The position numbers and the translations under genes were made by a program. The notes beneath the pieces are model-generated. The model worked only from the letters and a program-made list of their open reading frames with translations. It searched no databases and had not been told where the DNA came from. DNA of 63,798 bases from the NCBI GenBank assembly GCA_040388455.1, contig JAZKBX010000100.1, positions 1 through 63,798 on the forward strand. The letters run 5' to 3'. This stretch comes from Bacteroidota bacterium (GTDB taxonomy: Bacteria > Bacteroidota > Bacteroidia > 2-12-FULL-35-15). Below, in pieces: positions 28,559 to 38,869 of this stretch (position 1 is the stretch's first letter; each line of letters starts with the position of its first letter).

Positions 28559-28868
28559 AAAATTGATTTTAATTTTGAATTTAGTTGATTTAGAAAGCGG
28601 ACAAAGGTGGATATTAATGTATGTGAGATAGTTACACAACTTTTATTAAATATTATATAATTCACACTTTTTGTTACTTTCTTAACCGGCTTTTGGTATT
28701 TGGTACTAAAACAATGTGCCAGAGTGTTTTATATATTCAAAATGCTTCCGTTTTTTTATAAATTAAACCCAATTTTTACTCATCCTCCCCAATTAACATG
28801 ATTTTAATAAATACTTTATTGTTTATTTTTTACTCCTGAAAAATTCATAAAAATAAATTAAAAAAAAT

Positions 28869-28882
28869 ACGACATAGATCAG
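28869..28882 (+). promoter_or_regulatory. Degenerate FNR/CRP-type box ACGAC-ATAG-ATCAG
   Basis: 33.5 nt from the G of a perfect TAacTTTG (28902-28909); upstream of ATG 28923. Confidence 0.45.
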
Positions 28883-28922
28883 TTCTGCTTTTTTTAATAC
28901 TTAACTTTGCAAAAAAAAAATT

Positions 28923-30146
28923 ATGGAGTCAACGATTGGAAAGTGGTTAAAAATTGCGTTGGTTAATTTAGGTATTGTTGCGCTATTAGGCGTTACTTTG
29001 AGATATAAGATAGCTTTTTCGTTTCCTTTTATTGATCAGAAAAATTTGCTGCACGGACATTCACATTTTGCATTTGCCGGCTGGATAACACAGGCAATAA
29101 TGATTTTATTAGTTTACTATTTATATAAAAATAAGCAAGAGGATCTGTTTAAAAGGTATGCGTGGATAATATTTTCAAATCTAATAATTGCCTTCGGTAT
29201 GCTTATATCTTTTGCAATTCAGGGGTATTCCTTTTTTTCGATTTTATTTTCTACACTGTGTATTTTTGTTTCCTATATTTTCGCCTTTTATCTTTGGAAG
29301 GATTTAAATAAATTAAAAGTAAACCGAAACTCACATTTATGGTTTAAGGCGGCATTAGTTTTTAGTGTCATGTCTTCCATTGGCCCATTTTGTCTCGCTT
29401 ATATGATGTCCAGCCATGCGATAAATCAAAAGTTATATTTAGTATCCGTTTACTATTTTTTACATTTTCAATACAATGGTTGGTTTTTATTCGCGTGTAT
29501 GGGCCTGTTTATTTCTAAACTTACTGTATTAAATGGAGAAGAAAAAAGGTTTAAAACTATTTTCTGGATTTTTGCTTTAAGTTGTATTCCTTCGTATTTC
29601 CTTTCGGCCCTTTGGCTTCCTATACCTAAAGTTATATACATTATTGTGGTTATTTCTGCATTGCTGCAATTTGTTGGATGGATCTGGTTTGTCAAAATAA
29701 TACGTAACCATATTTCAATACTCAAAAAAGAAATTTCTAATCCGGGTATTTGGTTAATGACACTTGCTGCAATCTCCATGTCAATCAAATTAATTTTGCA
29801 GTTGGGTTCTACTATCCCTGCACTAAGTCAACTTGCTTTCGGGTTTCGTCCGATAGTTATTGGATACCTACATTTAGTGTTGTTGGGGTTGTTTAGCATT
29901 TTTATATTGGGATTTATCTTCTCTGAAAAAGTTCTCGTTATTAATAGAACGGTCACTATTGGAATATTGATTTTTGTTTCAGGCGTATTTATAAATGAAA
30001 TACTTTTAATGACCCAGGGCATCTTTGCACTGGCCACTGAAAGCATACCACATATAAGTGAATTGTTATTTGCTGCAGCAATAATAATTTTCACTGGAAT
30101 GCTTCTGGTTAATATTAAGCAATTCCCTTCTTTGCCAAAAAAGTGA
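28923..30146 (+). CDS. 12-TM membrane protein with three H-x4-G-[W/L] motifs (NnrS-like? uncertain)
   Basis: HGHSHFAFAGW (H48), HFQYNGW (H181), HLVLLGL (H317), spaced 133 and 136 aa apart. Divergent from the nos promoter. Confidence 0.65.
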   Translation: MESTIGKWLKIALVNLGIVALLGVTLRYKIAFSFPFIDQKNLLHGHSHFAFAGWITQAIMILLVYYLYKNKQEDLFKRYAWIIFSNLIIAFGMLISFAIQGYSFFSILFSTLCIFVSYIFAFYLWKDLNKLKVNRNSHLWFKAALVFSVMSSIGPFCLAYMMSSHAINQKLYLVSVYYFLHFQYNGWFLFACMGLFISKLTVLNGEEKRFKTIFWIFALSCIPSYFLSALWLPIPKVIYIIVVISALLQFVGWIWFVKIIRNHISILKKEISNPGIWLMTLAAISMSIKLILQLGSTIPALSQLAFGFRPIVIGYLHLVLLGLFSIFILGFIFSEKVLVINRTVTIGILIFVSGVFINEILLMTQGIFALATESIPHISELLFAAAIIIFTGMLLVNIKQFPSLPKK

Positions 30147-30382
30147 AGCTTTGCTATAACTATTTTCTTGTTAGAAGTTAAACATTAAATACGGGGAAAT
30201 TCAAAATTTGAAATTAATCGTGGCAATGTATTTGCAAAAATAACGAATGAATTTTTTTGAGTTCAAATACTACTAAAAAACCATTGGGAGTGGCCATGTG
30301 TTAATTCAAAAATGAGGACATATCTTCGTTTATGATATTTTATTTCAGAACAAAAAGTCCTACAGCAAATATTTATTTATTT

Positions 30383-31126
30383 TCAACAAATTGCTAAGGA
30401 ACCATTAATAATGTTGAGAACCTCATCTTTTATTTTATCAATGTCCTCCTTTTTTAAGCCCTTTGTTATTATTGGCTTGTGTATTATAACTTCTGCTATT
30501 CCGGGTCCGGCAGGTCCCTTCCAAAATCCGCTGCGAGATAGAAGTTTCCAATTAGTAACAAACGTAATAGGGAGAATAGGAATTTGTTTTTGAATTGCAA
30601 TGGCAAAAGCACCTGATTTAAATGTTGTTAGTTTTGGAGCTTCTTTAGAGATGGTTCCTTCCGGGAATATCACCAGCGGATTTCCATTATCAATTGCAGA
30701 GGACATTTTTTTGAATGCTTTAAAGTTTCCGGTTTTGGTGTCCCTGTCCACCAAAATATTCATCCCGGATGTATAGTAGATATGAAACAAAGGCCATTTT
30801 TCAATTTCTTTTTTTCCAGTAAACACAAAGTATTTACTGAATATAGTATAAAGACAAAAAATATCCAGATAAGAACTGTGATTCGGACAAATTATATATG
30901 CTCCATTTTGAGGGATATTATCAACTCCTATTACCTTCAAACGAGCTCCGGCAAAAAGAAGCAGAAGGAAGGCATGAACTCTCATCAGATTAAAAGCTTT
31001 TGGGAAACGCTTTTGTTTAGCAAGAAGAAAATATACAATAGGATACGAAATGATAAGTGATAGCACAAAAACGAACAGGTAATATATTTTGTAAATGACC
31101 CTAAATGGCAAATTAATGTATTTCAT
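30383..31126 (-). CDS. 1-acyl-sn-glycerol-3-phosphate (lysophospholipid) acyltransferase
   Basis: NHSSYLD (HX4D) and FPEGT motifs; N-terminal TM. Confidence 0.8.
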   Translation of the reverse strand: MKYINLPFRVIYKIYYLFVFVLSLIISYPIVYFLLAKQKRFPKAFNLMRVHAFLLLLFAGARLKVIGVDNIPQNGAYIICPNHSSYLDIFCLYTIFSKYFVFTGKKEIEKWPLFHIYYTSGMNILVDRDTKTGNFKAFKKMSSAIDNGNPLVIFPEGTISKEAPKLTTFKSGAFAIAIQKQIPILPITFVTNWKLLSRSGFWKGPAGPGIAEVIIHKPIITKGLKKEDIDKIKDEVLNIINGSLAIC

Positions 31127-31248
31127 TTTGATTTTAATTTTTTCTTTTTAAACTTATTGCTTTGTGCTAAAGCCTTTTTTTTAATGGGTGTTAAGTGCGT
31201 ATGTATTGTATTTTTTTACTCACCATTTCATAAATTAATATAGTGCCT

Positions 31249-32103
31249 CTAACCCATTGCAGTCGCATAATTTTTTTTACTGTTCCCTAAGTCATAAACA
31301 TGTTCTTTAACTTTTGCGGCCCAACAAAGGTCAGAATGCATTTTTGTAAAAGTTGTATATGGAATAGGTTTACCAATGGTTAATTTTATGAACTTTCCTT
31401 TTTGTCTAAACACTTCGTCAACCAGGTAAAACATTTCTATGTTTGCTTTTATCCCAATGGTTTTCCTTAAGGCAGCCAGATTGTAAAAGAAGTTACTGTT
31501 ACGTGCCTCAATATGTACCGGAATAATGTTGCGTTTATATTTAATGGCTTTGGTAATAAAGCTTTTCTTCCACTCCAGGTCTTTAATTTCTCCTTTTTGT
31601 CTTCTTGAAACAAGTCCTGCTGGAAAAACAATGATGCACTCATCTGATGCATAGGCATTATCAATGCGTTTGATGTTTTCAACCGCATTTTTCGCATGTT
31701 TGTTAACGGGAATTAATAAGGAGCTTAAATTTTTTAAGTTCATCAGTATATCATTCACCATCGCTTTAATATCATTTCTTTTATTTCCCACTTCTTTCAT
31801 CACCGCAATGCCATCAATACCGCCTAATGGATGATTGCAAACAACAATACAGCCGCCTTTTTCGGGAATATTTTCCGTTCCTTCACTAATAACATGGATT
31901 TGGAAATTATTTAAAGTAGCGCTAACAAAATCGTGATCATAAAGATCTTTTGTGCGTTGTAAAAAATCATTGAACTCATCCTGATGAATTATGCGTTTTA
32001 TGTAACTGAGCATAAAGCTGGGAAGTAATTTCAATAAACGCGGATTCTTTGTCCGGATGACTTCTTCGAGGTCAATTTTTTGTATCTGATTGTTTTGTGT
32101 CAA
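31249..32103 (-). CDS. PlsC-superfamily acyltransferase (lipid O-acyltransferase-like)
   Basis: CNHPLGGIDG and FPAGLVSR motifs. Confidence 0.65.
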   Translation of the reverse strand: MTQNNQIQKIDLEEVIRTKNPRLLKLLPSFMLSYIKRIIHQDEFNDFLQRTKDLYDHDFVSATLNNFQIHVISEGTENIPEKGGCIVVCNHPLGGIDGIAVMKEVGNKRNDIKAMVNDILMNLKNLSSLLIPVNKHAKNAVENIKRIDNAYASDECIIVFPAGLVSRRQKGEIKDLEWKKSFITKAIKYKRNIIPVHIEARNSNFFYNLAALRKTIGIKANIEMFYLVDEVFRQKGKFIKLTIGKPIPYTTFTKMHSDLCWAAKVKEHVYDLGNSKKNYATAMG

Positions 32104-32250
32104 TTACTGAGAGTAATACGATCCGCTTGCGCAAAGGCCTTATTCTTGGTAGAATTTAGCTGATCTGCCAGAATAATTCTTCAGGCAAACATGGCTTTAC
32201 TCAAGCCATAATTTGTATGGAACAAAATTGATCGCAATAGTTTTGGTAAA

Positions 32251-32281
32251 CTATGATACAGAACAGTGTTCTGTATCATAG
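32251..32281. repeat. 31-nt perfect palindrome CTATGATACAGAACA-G-TGTTCTGTATCATAG
   Basis: Read directly. Its ends carry ATGAT/ATCAT half-sites at N16 spacing. Lies downstream of the CRP-family gene and upstream of the acyltransferase gene. Confidence 0.8.
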
Positions 32282-32423
32282 TTTTTGCATTGATTATTTT
32301 TGCAGGTTTTTTTAAACTTTGAAAAATTTTAATCGGACGATATAATTTTTCAAGTTGAAATGTATAGGCTCTGTAAGGTTCATTTTTAGAGCTGTTTAGT
32401 TAAATTTATTTTGCAAATTATTT

Positions 32424-33146
32424 TTATTTTTCTTTATCACCTGCTAATTTCCTGAGGTTAGATTCATTGGGTATTATAAAATTTTTGCCATCTATTTTAA
32501 TTATTTTTTTTGTTTCCAGTTGAGTTAGGTTCCTTATAACACTTTCATAAGTGGTCCCTGCTATATTGGCAATATCCTTGCGTGGAAGAGTGTAATTAAG
32601 TTTGTGTTTTTCTTTTGGGTTATAGCCAAAAGCATCAATCAACGTGCAAATAATTTTTGCCACCTTTGTTATCACCTCTCCATGAATCATGTGTTTCATT
32701 TGTTCTTCGGTTTTTCGTAATTCATCCGAAAAGAAAGTGATCAGAAAAAGGCTAAATTCAGGATTTGTTTTTATTAATTTTAGGAAAATTTCAATGGGAA
32801 TAAAAGTAACTTCAGTATCCGAAAGTGCTATTGCGGAGATGGGGTAATTTTTAGATGACATACCTCTGTGACCAACCAGAGAGCCCTTGTTTGCTAATCG
32901 TAAAATTCGTTCATTGTTTTTGTCAAAAGCAGAAACAACCTTTACCATTCCTTTATTTATGAAGTACACTCCGGTTACTTTATCACCTTCGGTTATAATT
33001 CGTTGGTCTTTTTTGAAATGTTTTACTACTAAAAAACTTTTTACCAAAAACATCCATTCATCTGAGCAATAACCCGACAAAAAACGTTCGAATTCATTTA
33101 AAGATGTTCCTTTTGTATTTTTACTATTTCCTACTTTCTTTATCAT
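32424..33146 (-). CDS. CRP/FNR-family regulator without an N-terminal Cys cluster
   Basis: cNMP-binding fold; HTH DIANIAGTTYESVIRNL; no C-x2-C motif. Confidence 0.85.
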   Translation of the reverse strand: MIKKVGNSKNTKGTSLNEFERFLSGYCSDEWMFLVKSFLVVKHFKKDQRIITEGDKVTGVYFINKGMVKVVSAFDKNNERILRLANKGSLVGHRGMSSKNYPISAIALSDTEVTFIPIEIFLKLIKTNPEFSLFLITFFSDELRKTEEQMKHMIHGEVITKVAKIICTLIDAFGYNPKEKHKLNYTLPRKDIANIAGTTYESVIRNLTQLETKKIIKIDGKNFIIPNESNLRKLAGDKEK

Positions 33147-33209
33147 TTTGTTGTTAATTTTTTAGAGCCAATTTATCAGTTTAAATTCTAAGGATTCAAC
33201 TATGTTTCT

Positions 33210-34118
33210 TCAATGTTGTGCGCCTTCTATTATTCTGAAAATATGAAGTATAAATGGGAACAAAGCATCCATTGTTTCTTTTGCTCCTTTGGTTGAACCT
33301 GGCAACGCAAGAATTAGCGTTTTGCCCTTCATGCCGGCAACGCCCCTTGAAAGCATCGAAAATGGGGTTCGGTCTTGCCCATAATTTCTTGCAGCTTCCA
33401 TAATTCCGGGAATTTCTTTATCAAGCATTGGCCGTATTGCTTCAGGCGTAATGTCGCGAGGAGAAAGGCCTGTGCCGCCTGTAAGAATAATGATGTCATT
33501 TTTTAATTCATAAAGTTTTTTAATCTTATTCTGTATATCTATTGTTTCATCCGGGATAATTGAATAATCGGAGACAGAAACTTTACATATTTCTAATTTT
33601 TTAATTATTGCTTTACCGGCTTTGTCTTCTTTTTTACCTGCCGAAATACTGTCGGAACAGACGATGACCGCGGCTTTTAGATCTTTTCTGAATTTATCAG
33701 TGAAATCAGATTTTCCGCCTTTTTTCTCTTTCAGTTTGATAGCATTGATCTCAATCCCTTTATCAATGGGCTTTAGCATATCATAAATAGTCAGTGCCAC
33801 TACCGAAGCTCCATGCATTGCTTCCACTTCAACACCTGTTTTATAAATAGTATGCACTTCCATTTCTATATGAATTTCCATCTCTTCAATTTCATAACGG
33901 ACAGCAGTGAATTCAACTGGTAAAGGATGGCAATCAGGAATCATGTCGCTGGTACGTTTAACAGCAAACAAGCCAGCTGTTTTAGCCATCTCAAATACAT
34001 CGCCTTTAGGAACGGTTTTGTTTTTAATGGCATCAATAGTTTCTTGTCTGCTTACTTTAACAATTGCCTGTGCAATAGCCTCTCTTAAGGTACTTGATTT
34101 GAATGTAATATCTACCAT
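33210..34118 (-). CDS. moaC: Bifunctional MoaC (cyclic pyranopterin monophosphate synthase) - MoaB/Mog domain protein
   Basis: N-terminal MoaC (..TA..A.KRTS..IP.CHPL); C-terminal LTGGTG.S.RD.TPEA. Confidence 0.85.
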   Translation of the reverse strand: MVDITFKSSTLREAIAQAIVKVSRQETIDAIKNKTVPKGDVFEMAKTAGLFAVKRTSDMIPDCHPLPVEFTAVRYEIEEMEIHIEMEVHTIYKTGVEVEAMHGASVVALTIYDMLKPIDKGIEINAIKLKEKKGGKSDFTDKFRKDLKAAVIVCSDSISAGKKEDKAGKAIIKKLEICKVSVSDYSIIPDETIDIQNKIKKLYELKNDIIILTGGTGLSPRDITPEAIRPMLDKEIPGIMEAARNYGQDRTPFSMLSRGVAGMKGKTLILALPGSTKGAKETMDALFPFILHIFRIIEGAQH

Positions 34119-34191
34119 TATTTTAAGATTTGAAGGGTTGTTTTCATAATCTAATTTCTAAAATCTAATATTTAAGATTTAACTTCTGGTT

Positions 34192-34635
34192 TTAACTGTT
34201 TTCTTTCCAAACAAAGGTTTCATTTTCAAACATTTCTTTGCCCCATATCGGAACATGGACTTTTATTTCTTCAACAATATATCGGCATGCTTCAAATGCC
34301 TGAGTGCGGTGTTTAGAAGAGACAAAAACAAAAAGACAGATCTCCCCTGCTTTTACATTGCCTATGCTATGGTAAATGTGCATACAAGTCAGTTCAAATT
34401 TATCAAATGCGGCTTCTCGTATTTCATGGAATTTTTCTTCCGCCATTTCTTCATACGTTGTGTATTCGATAGATTTTACAATTTTATTTTCGATAACATC
34501 ACTTCTAACTTGTCCTAGAAAAATATCGTGAGCACCGATAGTTGTTTTAGTACTGTGTTTAGAAATCGAGTCAGCAATAAAATTGGGACTTATAGGGCCA
34601 TTAACAAAAACTTGATGTTTTTTATGCTCTTTCAT
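34192..34635 (-). CDS. moaE: Molybdopterin synthase catalytic subunit MoaE
   Basis: 147 aa; ..GA...F.G.VR.. and ..PIWKKE-like (PIWGKE) blocks. Confidence 0.85.
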   Translation of the reverse strand: MKEHKKHQVFVNGPISPNFIADSISKHSTKTTIGAHDIFLGQVRSDVIENKIVKSIEYTTYEEMAEEKFHEIREAAFDKFELTCMHIYHSIGNVKAGEICLFVFVSSKHRTQAFEACRYIVEEIKVHVPIWGKEMFENETFVWKENS

Positions 34636-34687
34636 TTTTTCAATTTAAATCGAATTAAGAAATGGTGATAGTGTGAAGCTTCTTGTG

Positions 34688-35815
34688 TTAAATCGATTTA
34701 GACCAGGAAATAATACCTCCTTCTAAATTTTGAAGATTTGTAAATCCAAAATCTTTTTCAAGTATTTCAATAGCTCGCTTGCTTCGTGCTCCGCTTTTAC
34801 AAAACACAATTACTTTTTTGTTTTTTGAAATTAAATGTGTTTGATTGTGAATATCACCTAAAGGGATTTTTAAATCCATAAGCTCGGATATCTGAGGCTC
34901 CTCAAAGGTTTCGCGAACATCCAAAAGTTGCACATCTAACTTGTTTTCAATGATCAATTTAAGTTCATTCACCGAAATTGACTTTGTTGATGATTCACTG
35001 TTTTTGTTTCCACAAAAATATTCGTAATCTGTTTTGAGAAACTCTTCAGTGTTTTTTGGTGCTGAATTGATCCATTCGTTGTTTCTTGCAATTTCTATGA
35101 CCTGAAAACTCATTGCAAGTGCATCAAATAATAGTAGCTTTCCTGATAAAGGTAAACCAATACCGGAAATGATTTTTATTGCTTCTGTTGCCTGAAGAGT
35201 TCCGATAATACCTGGCAAAACTCCAAGAACACCTATTTCAGAACAGTTAGGAATACTACCTGAAGGCGGTGGAGTAGGAAAAAGACAACGGTAGGTTGGG
35301 CCCGATTGTCCCGAGCTATCAATATAATTTAAAACAGAAACCTGTCCTTCGAATTTATAAATGGAACCATAGATCAGTGTTTTATTCAATATTACGCAGG
35401 CATCATTGACTAAATACCTGGTTGCGAAATTGTCAGTCCCATCAATAATAAGATCGTATTTCGAAAAAAGTTCAAGTGCGTTTTTATTATCAAGTCGAAC
35501 AGGATAAGAATTAAATTTTACGAATGGGTTCTGTTTGGAAAGTTTTGAAACAGCCGCCTCCGTTTTTAATTTCCCGATATCTTCAATAGAATAAAGGATC
35601 TGCCTTTGTAAATTAGATTCTTCCACTTTGTCAAAATCAATAATGCCAATTTCGCCAATGCCCATTGCCGTAAGATATTGTAATGCGGGACAACCTAAAC
35701 CACCGGCACCAATTACTAATATTTTAGCGCTTTTTATTTTCTCCTGACCGGTCATTCCTATTTCGGAAAGCAGCAGATGACGGGAATAACGAGCTATTTC
35801 TTCTTTGTTTAACAT
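34688..35815 (-). CDS. moeB: Molybdopterin-synthase adenylyltransferase MoeB with a C-terminal rhodanese domain
   Basis: RYSRHLLL, GAGGLGCP, CxxC-type pair; rhodanese CKSGARS. Confidence 0.85.
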   Translation of the reverse strand: MLNKEEIARYSRHLLLSEIGMTGQEKIKSAKILVIGAGGLGCPALQYLTAMGIGEIGIIDFDKVEESNLQRQILYSIEDIGKLKTEAAVSKLSKQNPFVKFNSYPVRLDNKNALELFSKYDLIIDGTDNFATRYLVNDACVILNKTLIYGSIYKFEGQVSVLNYIDSSGQSGPTYRCLFPTPPPSGSIPNCSEIGVLGVLPGIIGTLQATEAIKIISGIGLPLSGKLLLFDALAMSFQVIEIARNNEWINSAPKNTEEFLKTDYEYFCGNKNSESSTKSISVNELKLIIENKLDVQLLDVRETFEEPQISELMDLKIPLGDIHNQTHLISKNKKVIVFCKSGARSKRAIEILEKDFGFTNLQNLEGGIISWSKSI

Positions 35816-35857
35816 TTTACTTTAAGATCAATTTTAAAACTTTAACGCGTTAACAAT

Positions 35858-36091
35858 TTATCCTCCTGCAAATGGAGGCAAAAAAGCAACTTCATTTCCT
35901 TCTTCAAGAGCATAGTTGTTTTTTACCAATTTTCTATTTACTGAAATCAAAAATACGCAATCCTTTAATTGAGGGTACTCACAAATCACTTTCTCTTTTA
36001 CTGATAGAATGTCCGTGCAATCATATACAGTCAATTGTGATTTGCCAATCAAATCTGCTAAAGAACCAAAAAATATGACATGGATGCTCAT
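35858..36091 (-). CDS. moaD: Molybdopterin synthase sulfur-carrier subunit MoaD
   Basis: 77 aa ending PPFAGG. Confidence 0.85.
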   Translation of the reverse strand: MSIHVIFFGSLADLIGKSQLTVYDCTDILSVKEKVICEYPQLKDCVFLISVNRKLVKNNYALEEGNEVAFLPPFAGG

Positions 36092-36675
36092 AGGGCTAAT
36101 TCTTTTTGTTGTTTTAATTCTTCCGGTGTATTAATGTTGACAAATAATCTATCTGTAAAGAATTTTTGCTTTTTTGTAATATAAAGTTCTTTTGTAATAA
36201 AGTATTTTAAGATGTTTTGAATTTTCAAATCTTTATTCATGATTAAATTATAGATTTGATCAGATGTTCTTTTTGTGTAAACAGCGCACAAAGGCTCAAT
36301 ATTTCCTTTATATACTGGAACTGTGATGTCTGCATTATTTGTGTTTTCAATGATGTATTTTATCAGATCCCTATTAATAAAAGGAATGTCACAGCTCACA
36401 ACAATGTTGTTTTCCGTTTTACTATTCATAAGCCCTGTATATATTCCACCTAATGGTCCGCAGTCTTTTATCTTATCTTTAATTACCTTGTATCCTAAGT
36501 TGTTGTAATTATCATTGTTGGCAATGATCATAACTTCGTTTACATTGGGTAGGACAGCCTCAAGAATATGTTGTATAAATTTTTTTTCATTCAGTTTAAC
36601 CATTCCTTTATCACTGCCCATTCTTGAGCTCTTTCCACCGGCAAGTATAATACCTGTAATATTTTTTTTGATCAT
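36088..36675 (-). CDS. mobA: Molybdenum cofactor guanylyltransferase MobA
   Basis: GIILAGGKSSRMG..DKG; 195 aa; 4-nt overlaps on both sides. Confidence 0.85.
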   Translation of the reverse strand: MIKKNITGIILAGGKSSRMGSDKGMVKLNEKKFIQHILEAVLPNVNEVMIIANNDNYNNLGYKVIKDKIKDCGPLGGIYTGLMNSKTENNIVVSCDIPFINRDLIKYIIENTNNADITVPVYKGNIEPLCAVYTKRTSDQIYNLIMNKDLKIQNILKYFITKELYITKKQKFFTDRLFVNINTPEELKQQKELAL

Positions 36676-37421
36676 TTATTTTCTGCTGTTAAAAGTTTTA
36701 TACTGGCAATAGCCAATACTAAGGAAAGTATTGCTTTCAAAGCTTTGGTACTTAATATTTTCCTGCCAATATAAGCACCTGCCAATCCTCCAGCTATTGC
36801 TATCATAACCCAATTGTAGATATTGTCATCAATTACGGTGCCTTTTGAAATTAAACCAACTAATCCTGCGATGGAATTGAGAAAAATAAACAATGCTGAA
36901 ACAGCAGCTGTCTGCTTCATATTACCCCAATGAAGTAATAAAATTACGGGGCTTAAAATAATGCCTCCTCCAATTCCTATCATACCTGAAAGTAAGCCGA
37001 TGATTGCCCCGATAATAAGTGCCCACAACCAGTTGAGCTCCCTGATCGTATCGTTCTCTCTACCAATAATGCCGAGCAGGCGAAGTATGGGAAAAATAAG
37101 AAGTACACCAAGAATTTTTTTATAAGTTAATTCATCTACAGTAACGTAAGCCCCAATAAAAGATGCCGGAATGGAGGTAATAATAAAAGGTATCAAGAGT
37201 TTCCATTTAAAATGACCTCCTCTGTAAAATTGATAAAAAGCAATAAAAGAAACGAAAATATTCAATACAAGAGAGGATGATTTCATAATGGAAGGATTGA
37301 AACTAAATAGTGCCATCAAAGCCAGATAACCACTGGCACCTCCATGTCCCACTGAAGCATATAGGAAAGCTATAATAAAAAGCAAAGGTGGAAATAACCA
37401 AATCAAATCGTGGGTAGGCAT
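36672..37421 (-). CDS. TauE/SafE (DUF81) anion-transporter family membrane protein
   Basis: ~8 TM; duplicated G.GGG..-type motifs; first gene of the Moco operon. Confidence 0.75.
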   Translation of the reverse strand: MPTHDLIWLFPPLLFIIAFLYASVGHGGASGYLALMALFSFNPSIMKSSSLVLNIFVSFIAFYQFYRGGHFKWKLLIPFIITSIPASFIGAYVTVDELTYKKILGVLLIFPILRLLGIIGRENDTIRELNWLWALIIGAIIGLLSGMIGIGGGIILSPVILLLHWGNMKQTAAVSALFIFLNSIAGLVGLISKGTVIDDNIYNWVMIAIAGGLAGAYIGRKILSTKALKAILSLVLAIASIKLLTAENK

Positions 37422-37618
37422 ATTACTAATTTTTGATTTATTAATTCTCAGATTCTAGAACACTGAAATTACTTTTCATTTTCTTAAAATTAATTCCTTT
37501 AAATTTATGGATTGTTTTGTTCTAATTGCTAAATAAATCAATGAATTTTTCGCCTACTCATCCATATTTCATTGTAAAGGACTTTTCACAAATATGAAAA
37601 AAAAGCGGCTCAAAAATA

Positions 37619-37632
37619 ATGACAATTATCAT
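37619..37632 (-). promoter_or_regulatory. FNR/CRP-type box ATGAC-AATT-ATCAT upstream of the TauE-mobA-moaD-moeB-moaE-moaCB operon
   Basis: Centre is 36.5 nt from the G (37589) of a minus-strand cAtaTTTG. Confidence 0.6.
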
Positions 37633-37643
37633 GTTTTTTTGTT

Positions 37644-38846
37644 TTACTGTAACCCAGGTAATTTGTGAACTTCAACCAGTTGTCCGGCTTTTATGTTTTC
37701 GCTTTCTTCGGGTAAATATATCAGGCAATCAGCTGATGCGAAGGAGCTTAAAATATATGATTCCTGGCCATCAAGAGGAATAACGGTATTGTCGGAAATT
37801 TCACCTTTCAGAAAAAAAGAGAGCCCCTTTTTTTTAACATAATCGGATGCTATAGGCATTTGAGTTTGGGTCCCCCCCATTGAGTAAGGAAGAGTAGATC
37901 CCATCATCAATCTTATTGCCGGATAAACATATTCATAAAAACACGTTAAAACCGCTGCTGGATTACCGGGTAACGCAAAAATAAAAGTGTTTTTATACTT
38001 TCCAAAATATAAGGGTTTCCCTGGTTTTTGTTTTACTTTATAGAAAATAGTTTGTACTTCTAATTTATTTAATGCTCTTTCTACAAAATCATAATCACCA
38101 ACAGAAATACCCCCTGATAATAATAAAATATCACAGGAATCAATCGAATTTGCAATAATAGTATTTGTTTCGACCTCATTATCTGGTACTGATTGAGCAC
38201 CTTCTGTTGGAATTCCAATACTTTTTAAAGCGGCAATGATACTGTATGAATTGGATTCATAAATTTGTCCTCCTGACAATATATTTCCGGGCTTTTGCAA
38301 TTCGCTCCCCGTAACAATTATCTTAACCTTGGGTTTTCGAATTACATTTACATTGGTAATTCCCATGCCGGCAATAAAACCAATAGCAGCCGCTGTAAGG
38401 CTTGTGCCTTTCGGTAGCGCCAATTCATTTTTTTCTATTTGCGATCCTTTTGAACGAATGTTTGCGTATTGTTTTATTGCTACATCAAGAATTTGTAATT
38501 GATCGTTTTCAAGTGTTATTTTTTCCTGCATAACTATACAGTCAGCACCATCAGGAACCAGTGCTCCGGTAAAAATCCGGATTGCCTGTCCGGATATTAA
38601 AGTTCCTTTAAAAGAATCTCCGGCAGCTACTTCAGCAATTACATTTATTTGTAAATTATTTTTAAAATTCTCAAAAATAAATGCATAACCGTCCATTGCC
38701 GACTGGTTAAACGGAGGAAGAGCAAGAGGAGAATATATATCTTCGGCTAATACATAACCATAAGCATTATCAATCGAAATATTTTCAACTGATAATAAAT
38801 GTATGTTTTCGATAACCGCTTGTTTGGCTTTTTCTACAGATAACAT
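37644..38846 (-). CDS. moeA: Molybdopterin molybdotransferase MoeA
   Basis: 400 aa; ..S.MDGYA.., ..I.TG...P.GAD.VV..E; LLSGG.SVGD.D. Confidence 0.85.
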   Translation of the reverse strand: MLSVEKAKQAVIENIHLLSVENISIDNAYGYVLAEDIYSPLALPPFNQSAMDGYAFIFENFKNNLQINVIAEVAAGDSFKGTLISGQAIRIFTGALVPDGADCIVMQEKITLENDQLQILDVAIKQYANIRSKGSQIEKNELALPKGTSLTAAAIGFIAGMGITNVNVIRKPKVKIIVTGSELQKPGNILSGGQIYESNSYSIIAALKSIGIPTEGAQSVPDNEVETNTIIANSIDSCDILLLSGGISVGDYDFVERALNKLEVQTIFYKVKQKPGKPLYFGKYKNTFIFALPGNPAAVLTCFYEYVYPAIRLMMGSTLPYSMGGTQTQMPIASDYVKKKGLSFFLKGEISDNTVIPLDGQESYILSSFASADCLIYLPEESENIKAGQLVEVHKLPGLQ

Positions 38847-38869
38847 GATACTGTGAAATTAATAAAAAT

